DNA from: Epithemia pelagica
Taxonomy: Eukaryota; Protista; Bacillariophyta
Assembly: GCA_946965045.2 (NCBI GenBank)
Contig: OX337240.1
Span: 248,001-312,000, forward strand
Direction of reading: 5' to 3'
Length of the DNA: 64,000 nucleotides
Of this stretch, positions 45,599-56,680 are shown in pieces. The position numbers and the translations under genes are program-made. Under the pieces are notes generated by a model. The model ran no database searches, was not told where the DNA came from, and saw nothing but the letters and a program-made list of their open reading frames with translations. The first letter of the stretch is position 1, and each line of letters opens with the position of its first letter.

Positions 45599-46947
45599 GG
45601 CGACTGCGGACCAACTCCATGGAGAATGGTTGGTCGACCATGTTCTGCTGGATCGAGTCGTCGTCGTCGTCATGGTTCTTCCACGAGGTGGCAATGGACG
45701 TCTATTGTAGTGTGTCTGTGTCGGGAGTCGTGAAGCAATGCAACAAAGACAGATGTTGGTTCTCGTTCTCTCGAGAGTCTGTCACGTCTTGGTTCACGTT
45801 GTGGAAAGAGAGGTCGTGCTTCGGATCCTTGTGTGTCTGTCGTGGTTTTCGGTGTGTGGTCGAGATGATGAAGAAGAGATGAAGAAGAAGATGATTATGG
45901 GCCACCAAGAAGCTTCTTGTGGGTGTGTTTGCCGGAAAACGAAAGTGCAAGAGTTGCCCTGCTTCCGCGAATTCGCGATCGCGCGACGCAAGAATTCCTT
46001 CGGGTCAAACGTGGGGCGTGGGGGAGACGAAGAGCTACAATATGTCCCTCCGAATTCTGATCCCAACGAGTGGTAGATAGTTGCCAATTTGGACACTCTC
46101 CACCTCTCTACTAGCAGCACCACCAATCATCCCTAGGTACTCATGTGAAAAAAGGGAGAAGAAGATGGATGTGGCTTCCGAATTTTGGAACGCGAAAGGG
46201 TACAACCGAGTGAACTTCTTGCAACGGAATGATCAATTGGTTGCCCATTTTTGCTTCGTTGCATTCCAAGAGGAAGGAGATCTTCAACTTTTTCGACCGA
46301 CTCAAGAGTGATGCCGCCCAGAACGGCAAATACATCATTGAGCATTCTTCCTCTAGCTCCATAGTAGAGGATCTATTTTTTTCCATGTGGGGTGACGAGG
46401 AAATCTCAAGTCGCGCGGCCGTACTTGGTCTTGCTACTTAGTCGTGGTCACACTTTTATGGGACATGGCATGCGTGACACTCCGTTGGCGATGATCGCCA
46501 GCCGTCAGCCTCTACAACCTGGCTGTACAACAGAAGGAACGATGGATCGTTTTTGGAGAGAGCATGATCATTCCATCAATCGTCGATGCAATAAATAAAG
46601 AAAAGCGCAAGCGCAGTATCAACGACTTGACAACAGGAGCCTTTGCAATATTGGACCGAGCGCACCTCTTTCAGAGCATCTCACACACTTCACTTGCAAC
46701 AGACCCGTCACGACTCTATCGTTGTTCCCCCATCTGTGCTGCGCGTTGTTGCCTTGAAGCCGCATCTATCCATTCACACTATCTGGCTCTCTCTCGCGAT
46801 TGTTGTTGTTCCCTTTTGTGAATCTCTCTCTCGCGCAACTCTCAAGTCTTGCGCGTCTTTTCCAAAAAGCGTATACCATTGATTATTGATTTTGTTTCAC
46901 ACCATAAAGTTCAATATCTCCCACGCATCCTTCGAATTGATTGAATC

Positions 46948-47565
46948 ATGATTGCGGATCATCAACAACAACCCTTTGTTCCTACGGCTGCCACGACGGC
47001 CGAAGCCGCCAACGCCGCTGTGGCGGCATCCCAATCCTTGGACGATCAAGAGCGTCCATCCGATCCAACCCATGGTCCCAAGGGTTGTTATTTGGTCTAC
47101 GAAGGCAATTCGGGAGGCCGATTAATGTTGCATTACTCGCTCGGGTTTGTCCCCGACAACGCCGTGGGCTTTTGGTTGCCCTCCTCGAATCATTCCATTC
47201 AACCCTTCAAATTCAAACAAGCCGGCGGCCGGTCCGAACTCATCAAGGGCATTGCGGGCGGCGATTCCAATCGTCGCAAATACTTTGTGGGATGGTGTCA
47301 ATTTCTCAAACTCGCCAAGGCCAAAGAGGGACGCGTCATCATGTTTACACCCGCCCAAGGTGTGCCGGTGGACATTTATGGGTACAATACCGCCACGCAA
47401 CATCCCCAATTTTTGGATTTGTCCAGTGGACTCTTGAATATCAATGAATTTGATGCCTTTGCCGTCGTTCCCCGTCATGCCGCCTTTTTGCGCGGCGTCA
47501 AGTCCATTGTCGTGTCCAACTTTTTGGAATTGGGCAATCTTGCGGGAGCCTCAACCAGTGTGTAA
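46948..47565 (+). CDS. Immune-mapped protein (IMP1/IMP2)-like protein
   Basis: GCYLVYE..SGGRL.L.YS...NAVGFW.P...IQPFKFKQAGGRSELI....YFVGWCQFLK.AK resembles the apicomplexan IMP2 N-terminal domain as I recall it. Confidence 0.7.
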   Translation: MIADHQQQPFVPTAATTAEAANAAVAASQSLDDQERPSDPTHGPKGCYLVYEGNSGGRLMLHYSLGFVPDNAVGFWLPSSNHSIQPFKFKQAGGRSELIKGIAGGDSNRRKYFVGWCQFLKLAKAKEGRVIMFTPAQGVPVDIYGYNTATQHPQFLDLSSGLLNINEFDAFAVVPRHAAFLRGVKSIVVSNFLELGNLAGASTSV

Positions 47566-48358
47566 GAACAAGAGAAGACACACACGCTCTATCGAGACAT
47601 ATGCTTGACCCTTCTTTTGTATGATCGCAAACAACCAAAAGCCAAACGTCTCTCTGTCTCTCTGGATATGCACGCACCACGTTATCCTCGCATCGAGACC
47701 AGAAGGACTTGTTGTTGTTGTTGTTGTTGTTGGAACTGTGAATTTGTGCAACCAAACGGGGACACGGGGAAATCACAAATACACGTTTGATCCATTCGAT
47801 TGATCCATTCTTATTTCTTTTATTGCGTATTTTGGGCAAACGATTCTTTAACCTCTACTACTTAATCAAACACTACGATATCCTACTTGCTTGTATGAAT
47901 GCCTGCCTCGTTGGACTCTCTATCGATTGGTGTGCAGTCGTCCATCTTGGAAGCAGAGACCGACAGTTTCCTCTTGGCAAAGAGCCATATGTTGTTGGCT
48001 AGGTAGGAGTATGGTAGTCCAGATCCATGGAGAAGTCCTATTAAAACTTTTATCATGACAGATCATGCAATTGTAGCCGCTGAGGGAATGGCAACTACCA
48101 ATTGCCTGCTGCTCCAACAAAGTGGGGGATGGAACGGCAACAGCATCTTCTTGACGCAAGGAGGAAGACACAAGGAACAATATTTCGAGACGAATCTACA
48201 AGTACAAACGTTCAAACAAGATCCTTGGATCTTTGGACCTTATACCTGCCTCTAGGAGTACCTACAATACCTTTCTCTGAAGGAATAGCCAGACGGCATG
48301 GGGTAACCTTACGGAGTACGGACGCTTTGCTTCCGAGTCGTCGCCAGACCCGGAGTAA

Positions 48359-48961
48359 GGGCTGGGTAAGCCGATCCATGTTCGGCTAAGTAGGTTCAGT
48401 ACAAAAGCTACGTAGAGTACATAAAATCAGATAGTACACGTCACGCCGGAAATGGTCGGAATTTCAAAAAAATGCAAAAACACTCGACAATGATGGCGAG
48501 ATCCGGTGATGCCGCATGCATTCACCCATGCATCGCATAAACATCCAACGACCGTAAGTCCTTTGCCTTTACCTTTGAAATTGTTGTCTAAAATTAAAGA
48601 AGATTTGCCAAGTTGGCTGAAAAGGTACGCTCATTTTTCTGCAGTGATGAAATCGAACGACCGCCCTAACTCACTCATTTTTCAATGCTGACTCGACCGA
48701 ATTGAAAGCATAGTCACTCTAGTAGTAAATAATCTTCTTGTCAAAGCGGTCGAGGCAAGCTCTATTATTGAGGAAGTTATGGCCATGGGGGTGATGGCTT
48801 CCACCATTGTCGAGCGATGGCTTCCAATTTGCATTGTTTCTCGTGGCAGCAAGTTTTCAATTTGAGACCATCCGCCCCACTTGTTACACTGATGAAAATA
48901 GTACTACGTAGCTTAATGTACTGAGCCTACTTAGCCGAACATGGATCGGCTTACCCAGCCC
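48359..48961. mobile_element. Non-autonomous TIR element (MITE), 603 bp
   Basis: ~60-bp near-perfect inverted ends GGGCTGGGTAAGCCGATCCATGTTCGGCTAAGTAGG(T/C)TCAGTACA..AGCTACGTAG. Flanks are TAA on the left and TTA on the right. No coding capacity. Confidence 0.85.
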
Positions 48962-49003
48962 TTAGAACCGCCAATCGGGGCTCGCCCTCTGTCATAACAA
49001 CAC

Positions 49004-49762
49004 ATGTCATCAGCAGCAAAAAGCAAAACAGCACTAGGTAGACCTCCTACTAAGTATAACGACACTCTCAAGTCAAGAGCAATCGAGACTCTTAACATAG
49101 AGAGCAACATGAAGGATCAGTGTGACGAGGAGGGATTCAAGGAACAGCATCTCGAGAAGAAAGCACAACAAGAAGAAGAAACACAACAGAAGCAACATCC
49201 AGACAAGCCAGACTTTCTGTTGGGGACCACGCGGACACGGGCGCACTGGATGGTATGGTGGATTCAATCGGGAACATCCTTTTTGCTGATTTACGTTGGA
49301 GCGTTACACCTGAAAGACTTTCATTCCATCAAGACATGGCCTCTTTGGGAGCTTATCTACAAAGGGATCGTCTTCTGGTGGCTTCTCTTTGTTCTCTTTG
49401 GGACGTGTTGTTGGTGGCCTTCCCTCTGGGATCCCGAGAAACCGTTCCGTGCCAAATTCTATTATTTTTTGGCCAATCATGTGTATCATACGTTTTTTGG
49501 CATGTTCCTTGGTGTGGCGGCCTGGATCTTGCCTCATTTTTTATTATTGGAGCATGATTCTTTTGTTCGAGCAACTGATACTGCTTCGTGTCCTCAAGGA
49601 TCGTGTTACACGTTGCTTTATATGGCATTCGCCAACCTACAGGGACTCGCCGTGCTGTTTCGTCCTTCCTGGCTGTTTCCTGGTTTGGAAGCAACGAACA
49701 ATACGAAGCATCCAAATGACAATACCAGAACAACGACAACAAAAGTCAGTGAACCAAAATAG
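49004..49762 (+). CDS. Hypothetical multi-pass membrane protein
   Basis: 252-aa ORF with about four hydrophobic, aromatic-rich segments. Confidence 0.6.
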   Translation: MSSAAKSKTALGRPPTKYNDTLKSRAIETLNIESNMKDQCDEEGFKEQHLEKKAQQEEETQQKQHPDKPDFLLGTTRTRAHWMVWWIQSGTSFLLIYVGALHLKDFHSIKTWPLWELIYKGIVFWWLLFVLFGTCCWWPSLWDPEKPFRAKFYYFLANHVYHTFFGMFLGVAAWILPHFLLLEHDSFVRATDTASCPQGSCYTLLYMAFANLQGLAVLFRPSWLFPGLEATNNTKHPNDNTRTTTTKVSEPK

Positions 49763-50180
49763 AACCAAGACAAAAAGAGCACTCTTGAAAAACGATTTTT
49801 TCACTTGGCAGTTTGTTCTTGTTGTTGTTCTAGCCACATAGTTTCAGTTCTTCTTCTTCTTGTTGTTTCTCCAAACAGAGGTTGGCAGGGAGTAGTACAC
49901 CCGTCGTGTCGAGTTCATCCAGTGTGGTATAAAGTTAAGCCTCGATCGTCTCTCGGATGCGCAAAACGACCCAAATCTCTAAAGAGTAGAAGCAGTATTG
50001 GCTGTCCAGTGACAACATTGTGTAGAGGTAGAAAGAGTACGCCACATTCAAGCTACCAAGGTAGTTCTTGTTTGCCAGTTTGTTGTCGTCGTGACTTCTT
50101 CAACATCCAGCTACCTAGAGCCACAATCGGTTTGCCGTTTCGTCTTTCTACTCCTATACTCTGAGACTTTAGGAGTACTG

Positions 50181-50244
50181 TTGGGTATCAGACGGTCGAC
50201 GTGACGACGAGAATGGGAACCACCACAACCGCACTGCCCAGGGC
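50181..50244 (-). pseudogene. Orphan fragment of the MFS transporter gene
   Basis: ttgggtatcagacggtcgacgtgacgacgagaatggg matches sequence near 59550 and 63240. Translates GSAVVVVPILVVTSTV versus GAVVGVLPILVTSAV. Confidence 0.65.
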
Positions 50245-50694
50245 AACGAGAGGGCCAGCCGTTACCATATTATTCTACTATGGTAGCCCGGGTCGAACCC
50301 TGTGAGCAGCTCGCTCCTATAGATCACGCACTTGCTTGCGACTAGAGCCTGCACAATCTGGTGGTGGAGTATACTGTCCAGTCCACAATCCTCTTTCGAT
50401 TAATAGGTGTGTATTAGAGAGGCACGTTGTGTTTTGACCAACCACCGCGTGCGCAATCATTCTATTATATTCCTAGAGAGAGAGAGAGAGGGGGTACAAA
50501 CATTGGAAATGGCACACCCCCAAAACACTCCCCATCTCGGATACTATACATGGAGAAGGGTGTCATTCTTTAGTTCCTCCTCCAAGACTACTAGGAGACT
50601 TTAGGTATAGAGTCATGATCCTCGTTTCGCAGCAAGCGATACAGGTACCATTCCTCCACATCCACTCGACAAATATACATGCACATGCGACCCG

Positions 50695-52254
50695 TTAATC
50701 GAGAAGGGTGGCAAAATAATGTTGCACGAGGGACCAGACGGGACTTGTTGGATTGACCAAGGTTTGAATATAACGGCCCATGGCCACTTGTTCGGCCGGT
50801 GTAAACAAGGTATGGACGTAGGATTTACCAGCAACAAAGGGCAGCGACGACGATTTGCGGAACGTTGTCGTGTCGTCGTCGTCCTTTGGTTGTTGCTGCA
50901 AAAAGTCGACAATGCCTTGGACCGTGGCGGTAAAGTTGGTCGCATAGGATTCGTAATACACAGTCTGGACGGGAATTTGGAGCGCGTGCGTCATTTGCCA
51001 GGCACGGGCATGCCATTGGACATAGCGAAACAATTCCGTGCGACACAGGACGTTCTGCTGGGACAAGGGATGTTGACCGAGGAGCAACCTGAGGACGTAG
51101 TGAGGATCCGTTTCCCACAGGAGCAACGACTCGGACGATGAATTGTGGTGCTCATGGTTGGTGACAAAGGGCCAGGCCGCGGGAGGACGACGATGGGATG
51201 CCTCGTCCTCCGCATCTTGTCGCAACCACAGTTTGAGAGCCTGTTGCAACTTGGCCTGGTGTCGGCCATCGACCCAGTCGCACCAGGCCTCGAGCCGTTG
51301 GCGTTCCGTCGATACCGTGTCATTGTTCATCAGAATGGCTTGCAATTCGGGATAGCGGACAATGTGATGGGGTTTCAAGGCCAAGTGCAAGCGCGACACG
51401 AGATTGTCCAAGGGATGACGAATCAAATGAATGGCTCGGGCGACGGGCAGGGTGTCGGGAGAATAGTGACCAAACCGAGTCGTCGTCGTTGTTGTCTTGG
51501 TGGATGTGGACATTGCGGGCAGTTCGGTTTGTTGACAGCCATGTACAAAATCCTCCACGGTCGGTACCACATAGGCTTGGGGAGGACAGGCGGTACAATA
51601 GCCAGTACAATGCGTCTTGGTCAAGACAAACGAGTGGGGAATGGTCGTAGTGGCCGTGGGCGCTTTGGAAAAGGGACCTTGGGGCGTCCACGCAACAATC
51701 GAAGACGTATTTGTATTATTAGTGACGGTAGTGGTCCAGTTCCAATCCTTGGCATAATTGGTAGCCGTCCGGTATCCTGTGACGTGTTCGGTATTCATCA
51801 TGGTAAAGGATGTGCCGGAATTGGGAAAGGACAAGAGCCAGGCAATTTGTGGTTGTTGCTGTTGACGTGGTGCTTGTTCTTTGGATGATGCGGCAGTCTC
51901 GTGGAAAGAAGTGTCTTGTGGAGGTTTGTTCTGGTTCGGGTTGTTGTCCTTGTTTCCAAAAGAGGAGGAGGAGGAAGCACCAGCATCCAACGAACTGGAG
52001 GCCAAGATCCAATCGTGGTCTGGCTGTGGGTCCTTGTGGTTGTTTTGTGTTGTTTCATTGTGGTTCATTGGTTCATCCTTGTGTTGTTGTTCTCGTTGTG
52101 GTTGTGGTTGTTGTTGCTTGGACGACACGGACCAGAGAGGCGACGGCTGAGATGGAAACAAGGCCCATTGCAAACACAACAAGGAAAGGAGGGGTACTAC
52201 CACGAGGCGAGCCACCCATACGACATTGACCGTTGATGTTGAGGTTGGTGTCAT
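50695..52254 (-). CDS. Sulfotransferase-like type II membrane protein, copy 1
   Basis: N-terminal anchor LVVVPLLSLLCLQWALF. IAWLLSFPNSGTSFT (5'-PSB-like), VLTKTHC, IHLIRHPLDNLVSR (3'-PB-like) and YYESY motifs. Confidence 0.8.
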   Translation of the reverse strand: MTPTSTSTVNVVWVARLVVVPLLSLLCLQWALFPSQPSPLWSVSSKQQQPQPQREQQHKDEPMNHNETTQNNHKDPQPDHDWILASSSLDAGASSSSSFGNKDNNPNQNKPPQDTSFHETAASSKEQAPRQQQQPQIAWLLSFPNSGTSFTMMNTEHVTGYRTATNYAKDWNWTTTVTNNTNTSSIVAWTPQGPFSKAPTATTTIPHSFVLTKTHCTGYCTACPPQAYVVPTVEDFVHGCQQTELPAMSTSTKTTTTTTRFGHYSPDTLPVARAIHLIRHPLDNLVSRLHLALKPHHIVRYPELQAILMNNDTVSTERQRLEAWCDWVDGRHQAKLQQALKLWLRQDAEDEASHRRPPAAWPFVTNHEHHNSSSESLLLWETDPHYVLRLLLGQHPLSQQNVLCRTELFRYVQWHARAWQMTHALQIPVQTVYYESYATNFTATVQGIVDFLQQQPKDDDDTTTFRKSSSLPFVAGKSYVHTLFTPAEQVAMGRYIQTLVNPTSPVWSLVQHYFATLLD

Positions 52255-53090
52255 GGTTCTTGGATTCCACACAAAGCCTGTCAATCGAGGTAAAGTGTTG
52301 TGATTTCGTTGTTTTGGTTTGGTTTGGTTTTTGTGGTTGTTTGCTTCTGGTCCAATGGTCCGATTTTTGTGGCATCCAAACGGAAACAACGGGGAACCAC
52401 ACTGGGAGAGAAGAGAGAGTGATTTGTGTAGCGAGATGGAATTGGACCAGACGGTACCGTCGTACTTGGTAGGTATGCACACCGACTACTCTACCACCAA
52501 GGGGTGGTGGGTGTGGAACGGCGGTCCAATTCCATCAAGCAACGAGAGAACGTTTTGTGGGCGCCCGTCCCAGTTCGAAAGCGCCAAACGAGGTCGCCTG
52601 GCGTGGACCTGTTTTTCGGTCGCGCTCGAAGTCGTGTTTGAGACAGTTTCTCCGGGCAGGGAATCGGAAATGGATCTGTTCGCTGTCTTCACACTTGTCG
52701 TTTTTGTTGTTGTTGCTCTCTGGCTATTAGTGCTCTGCTGTCTTGTTTTTTGTTTTGCACCAGCAACAACAACAACAACAACAAGAACAAGAAGACAACG
52801 AAGAAGAAATGGTGGTTGTGTCGTCGTTGAGTTGGGCGGGTATTCGTCGTGGTGGAAGGTGGATACCATCCATGTTGCGACAAGCCACCACAACGATGTA
52901 CATGGCAACTGGAATCACCACCACAAACTCCTCTCAGAGGCGGAGGATGGTGGTGGTGTCGGGTTCCTCCCTCCATCCACATTGTTCCAATCCTTGGAGG
53001 AGCAACAACAGCAACCTCAATCCGGTCCCCCCAGTAGTATTGTCGTCGTCCTTTACAACCACGACTCCCAGCAATAAGGATCGTACTACC

Positions 53091-53576
53091 ATGAAGATGA
53101 ATATTCAATTAGCACTGAAAAAGGAATGGGAAGGTTCCTCCTTGACGACGCTGGTGGAACAACCCGTGACCATTTTGCAAGGAATTGGACCGGTTCATGC
53201 CCAACAATTGGCCGACTTGAACATTTCCACACTGCGACACTTGGCGAATTACAGGTATTTTCATGTGGCCCGGGCCTTGGTCACCTTGTCGCAGGTGGAA
53301 GATACTACGGCGTCGTCGTCGACCACGGGATTCAATCTGAACAAGGCCTTGGACAAGGCGTACGAAACGCAATCCTTGCACGACATTTGCCAAGCGCCAC
53401 CCTCGGCCTTGCAAGGATTGACGACAAAGTCCGACGTGGCCTTGGCTGGATTGGGCATTCACACCATTGCCGATTTGGCCGACTGGAAATTTGCCCATTG
53501 GGCCGAAGCCCTTCAAGTGGCACAAGCCTATGAACAACAAGAAGCACCACCCACCACAACGGAACCCAAAGACTAA
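53091..53576 (+). CDS. Protein of two tandem helix-hairpin-helix-like domains
   Basis: Internal repeat NxxxALxKxxExxSLxxxxxxPxxxLQG(I/L)...LxxLxIxTxxxLAxx(R/K)(Y/F)xxxAxAL, present twice. Confidence 0.75.
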   Translation: MKMNIQLALKKEWEGSSLTTLVEQPVTILQGIGPVHAQQLADLNISTLRHLANYRYFHVARALVTLSQVEDTTASSSTTGFNLNKALDKAYETQSLHDICQAPPSALQGLTTKSDVALAGLGIHTIADLADWKFAHWAEALQVAQAYEQQEAPPTTTEPKD

Positions 53577-54076
53577 GAACCACAAGAAGTAATAGGAATC
53601 AAAGGCCAACCTTTGGTGTACGTACGCATCCATATCTACTGGTTTCTGGGAGGATGGAACCAAACACCAAAACTGTGTACATTGACAACCGAGACAATAC
53701 TAATAATGGTGGACATATTAGATATCGTGGATTCCCCCGGTCGTAGTTTTCTTGCCGATCTCTCTCGTTCCTACACACACATATATATATATATGATACG
53801 ATGGGCCACACGATGGATGTTTCGTTCTCTCACTTTTAGAGTTGTTCTTCTCTCCACCCCATTTGTAGTAGTTTCTATACTAGTATTATTTCTCCCTACT
53901 GTTTCATAGGATGGCGATTCGTCCATTCCAAGGATTCTCTTTGGAATACCAAGAATCGTTGCATGTGCGTGTGTTGTTGTTCCAGAGACTGCAGTGGCCC
54001 ATTGGTACGTTACAGAGATATTCTTCTTCTTCTTCTTCTTCGTCATGACTATGTACCGTTTCATTCTCCTGTTTGT

Positions 54077-54078
<2 letters not shown>

Positions 54079-54170
<92 letters not shown>
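54079..54170 (+). repeat. Compound (CT)n(CA)n microsatellite
   Basis: Direct reading; about 10 CT units followed by about 36 CA units. Confidence 0.9.
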
Positions 54171-54172
<2 letters not shown>

Positions 54173-54247
54173 GGTTCCACAAGCACAATCCATAACAAGA
54201 TGGACTCACGACAAAACGACGGACAGTTTTTTTGTGTTTGGAATATA

Positions 54248-55741
54248 TCAAAAACTTCCCAACATGTAATCACTGAGTCGGGTCGAAATGGTGGATTCGT
54301 CATGACTGCGGACGCGAAAATCTCCCGCTTGGGCCTTGTTGGGAAAGGACGAAATGTTGGAAAAGACTTCTTGCGGAATCAAGGGACCGGCGGGACCCAC
54401 CACCTCCACGGGCGTTGTGGGCGGTTGCTGCGGCAGCCGTTTGGGAACTGAGGGTGGAGGACGCGTGGGAGTCGCAGCCTGCAAAGTGGGCCAAAAGGAT
54501 TGCAAGGGTGTCGTCTTGTGGTTGTGGTTGTTCTTGGTCGTTGTAGGTTGCAGTGGTTGCGTTTGGGGTCGTTGTCGTTGCTGACGAGGCAATTGTTTAA
54601 ACTTGGGCGATGGCAATACCAATTGATTTTGTTTGTTGTTGTTGTTGTTGGAGGAGGACTGCTTGGGTGGTTCACTCCCAGCCACGGCACGTGTCAAATG
54701 GGAGGGTTTTGTCATGCCCGAGTTTTGTTGGGTGTCATTGGTTGGCACACCACCAGCACCACCACCTCGGTACTTGTTGTTCTTGTTGGTTGTTCTCGCA
54801 ACCAAGTGTTCTTCCTCGTCCGTCTCCTCGTCCGAGTCATCGTCATCCATCAAGGGACGGTGTGGATACATGGTTGCACCAGCACCACCTCGATGATGAT
54901 GATGACGATGAGGCATTTGTGGTGGTTGGGAAGCCACAATGGGTGGTCCACAGGCAATTCCCGTCTTGGCAGCGGCATTCCCCAACGCAGCTCCGGCCGT
55001 ACATCCCAAGACCAAGGCCTTGGCCCAGGACGGCAAGGGATGCAAGTCTTGTGGCACAAAAAACTGCCCATCGTCGCCGTCGTCTCGAGTGAGCCATGTG
55101 GTACTGGCCAAGGTATCCGTCAAATCATCCACGCCGAGATTGGAATCGACCGTTTCCGATGTCGTGGTCAAGGTTCCAAACGTGTCCTCGTCATGGGAGG
55201 AGGAGGTGGCTTGGTAAAACAAAGCCTTCTGGTCGTCGTCTGCTTGTCCTTCCAGGGGAAGGGGAGTCCATGTGGAACTCAATTCCAACAAGGGTCTGCG
55301 CGTCGGAGCCTTCTTCATTGCATGACGAGAGGGAAGGATGGACTGGAGAATGGGAATGGATCGGTGGTTGTTTTCCTGTTGGTGGTCGTCGTCTGTTTCA
55401 ATCAATTTTTGGGCCACGACGGACAAACTCTGACGAAAGACGTTTCGTTTTTGGTCCGCATCTTGTTCCAATCGTTGAAAAAAGGAGGACGTGGACGTGG
55501 ACCCCTCCCGCGTCAATGGATTGGATGGTTGCTGCTGTTGCTGCTGCAGCAAGGGCAATTGACTCGACGTCTCTCCCCCTTGGTCCAATTGACTCTTGCT
55601 ATCCGCCTCGGTGGCTCCGGTTGTTGCTGCTGTTGTACCCTTTTTGTGATTGCTGCTGCTGCCACTGGTCGTCGCCTTTTTGGATTTGTTGTGGCTGTGA
55701 TTTACTGGCCGAAACCAGTTTCGATTCTTTTTGACCGTCAT
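54248..55741 (-). CDS. Low-complexity protein, tandem paralog A
   Basis: Long ORF sharing FRxSLxVxAQKxxE, PxWAKxLxxCT and xPQE..FP.K...DxSTISTxLSxY motifs with paralog B. Confidence 0.7.
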   Translation of the reverse strand: MTVKKNRNWFRPVNHSHNKSKKATTSGSSSNHKKGTTAATTGATEADSKSQLDQGGETSSQLPLLQQQQQQPSNPLTREGSTSTSSFFQRLEQDADQKRNVFRQSLSVVAQKLIETDDDHQQENNHRSIPILQSILPSRHAMKKAPTRRPLLELSSTWTPLPLEGQADDDQKALFYQATSSSHDEDTFGTLTTTSETVDSNLGVDDLTDTLASTTWLTRDDGDDGQFFVPQDLHPLPSWAKALVLGCTAGAALGNAAAKTGIACGPPIVASQPPQMPHRHHHHRGGAGATMYPHRPLMDDDDSDEETDEEEHLVARTTNKNNKYRGGGAGGVPTNDTQQNSGMTKPSHLTRAVAGSEPPKQSSSNNNNNKQNQLVLPSPKFKQLPRQQRQRPQTQPLQPTTTKNNHNHKTTPLQSFWPTLQAATPTRPPPSVPKRLPQQPPTTPVEVVGPAGPLIPQEVFSNISSFPNKAQAGDFRVRSHDESTISTRLSDYMLGSF

Positions 55742-56680
55742 GGTGGAAGACGAAATGTCCCTTTGGAGAAAGAAAGAAACACTGTGACAACGTCGAAGAA
55801 GCAACAATGACTCTTCTTCGTCTCCTTCGTTTGGACTTTTGTGGAGGAGGCTCTTGTGATTCGAACTGCCGTTTTGTGGTGACGTGTGGTTCCAACGATA
55901 TCAGGTCGCCACGCGTTCGCGGACAACAACGGATGTGTGAATTCTCTAAGCAATTTCCTTCGCATGCCTCTTATGAAACACGCCGGCCTGGCCATGGGTC
56001 GCTCCTTATTTGAATCCCACCGTTGCACAAAAATGGGCGCAGCCGCAGCAGCATGTGCCAACTTGATTCCAACGGTCCGCAAAAGTCTACTATGTAGAGA
56101 GAGACATAGCACCGGCATCTCTCTTCTCTAGCTAGAGGAATACTCCTACCTACCTGGCCGACCATGACGGTGCTCCTATTATACTCGGGAGTCTAAAACA
56201 AAAGAACGACAAAATCCTTCTCGTCTCCGACCTGACCCGCAGAGAGACACGAGAGTGTCATCTATGGTCATGGGTGCATTGTCGTGTTCCGCTACGAGTG
56301 CGTTGGGTTTCTCGGAGTTTGCGGCCCACGCGTACCCCTACTACAACAGTGGCAACGTGTGGACGATCGAATACAGTTCCGTAACTCTACTAACTTTGAA
56401 ACGACGAAACCTACAAATCGAACGAATCAAGGAATGTTGTAGTTTAGATACAGTAGAAAGATACAAAACAATCATGACATTATTGGTACACTGCACACAC
56501 AAGCTCGCCACACCCATTCTCCTCGAATGCAAGTGTGGGAGTGCGAGAGTGTGTGTACCCATGCCTCTTTTTAGGGGGACTCTTTCTTTGTCGTGCGCAG
56601 CGTCCAAGAATGTACGCCATTCGTGGTGCCTTGGCGTAGAGAGAGAAAGAACTTTGAGCCCTGTCGGTGTCGTCCCATGG

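Noticed and set aside
42320-46441. Protein-like relics at 42320-42781 and 46141-46441
   Set aside because: They could not be assigned to any family and are short or broken.
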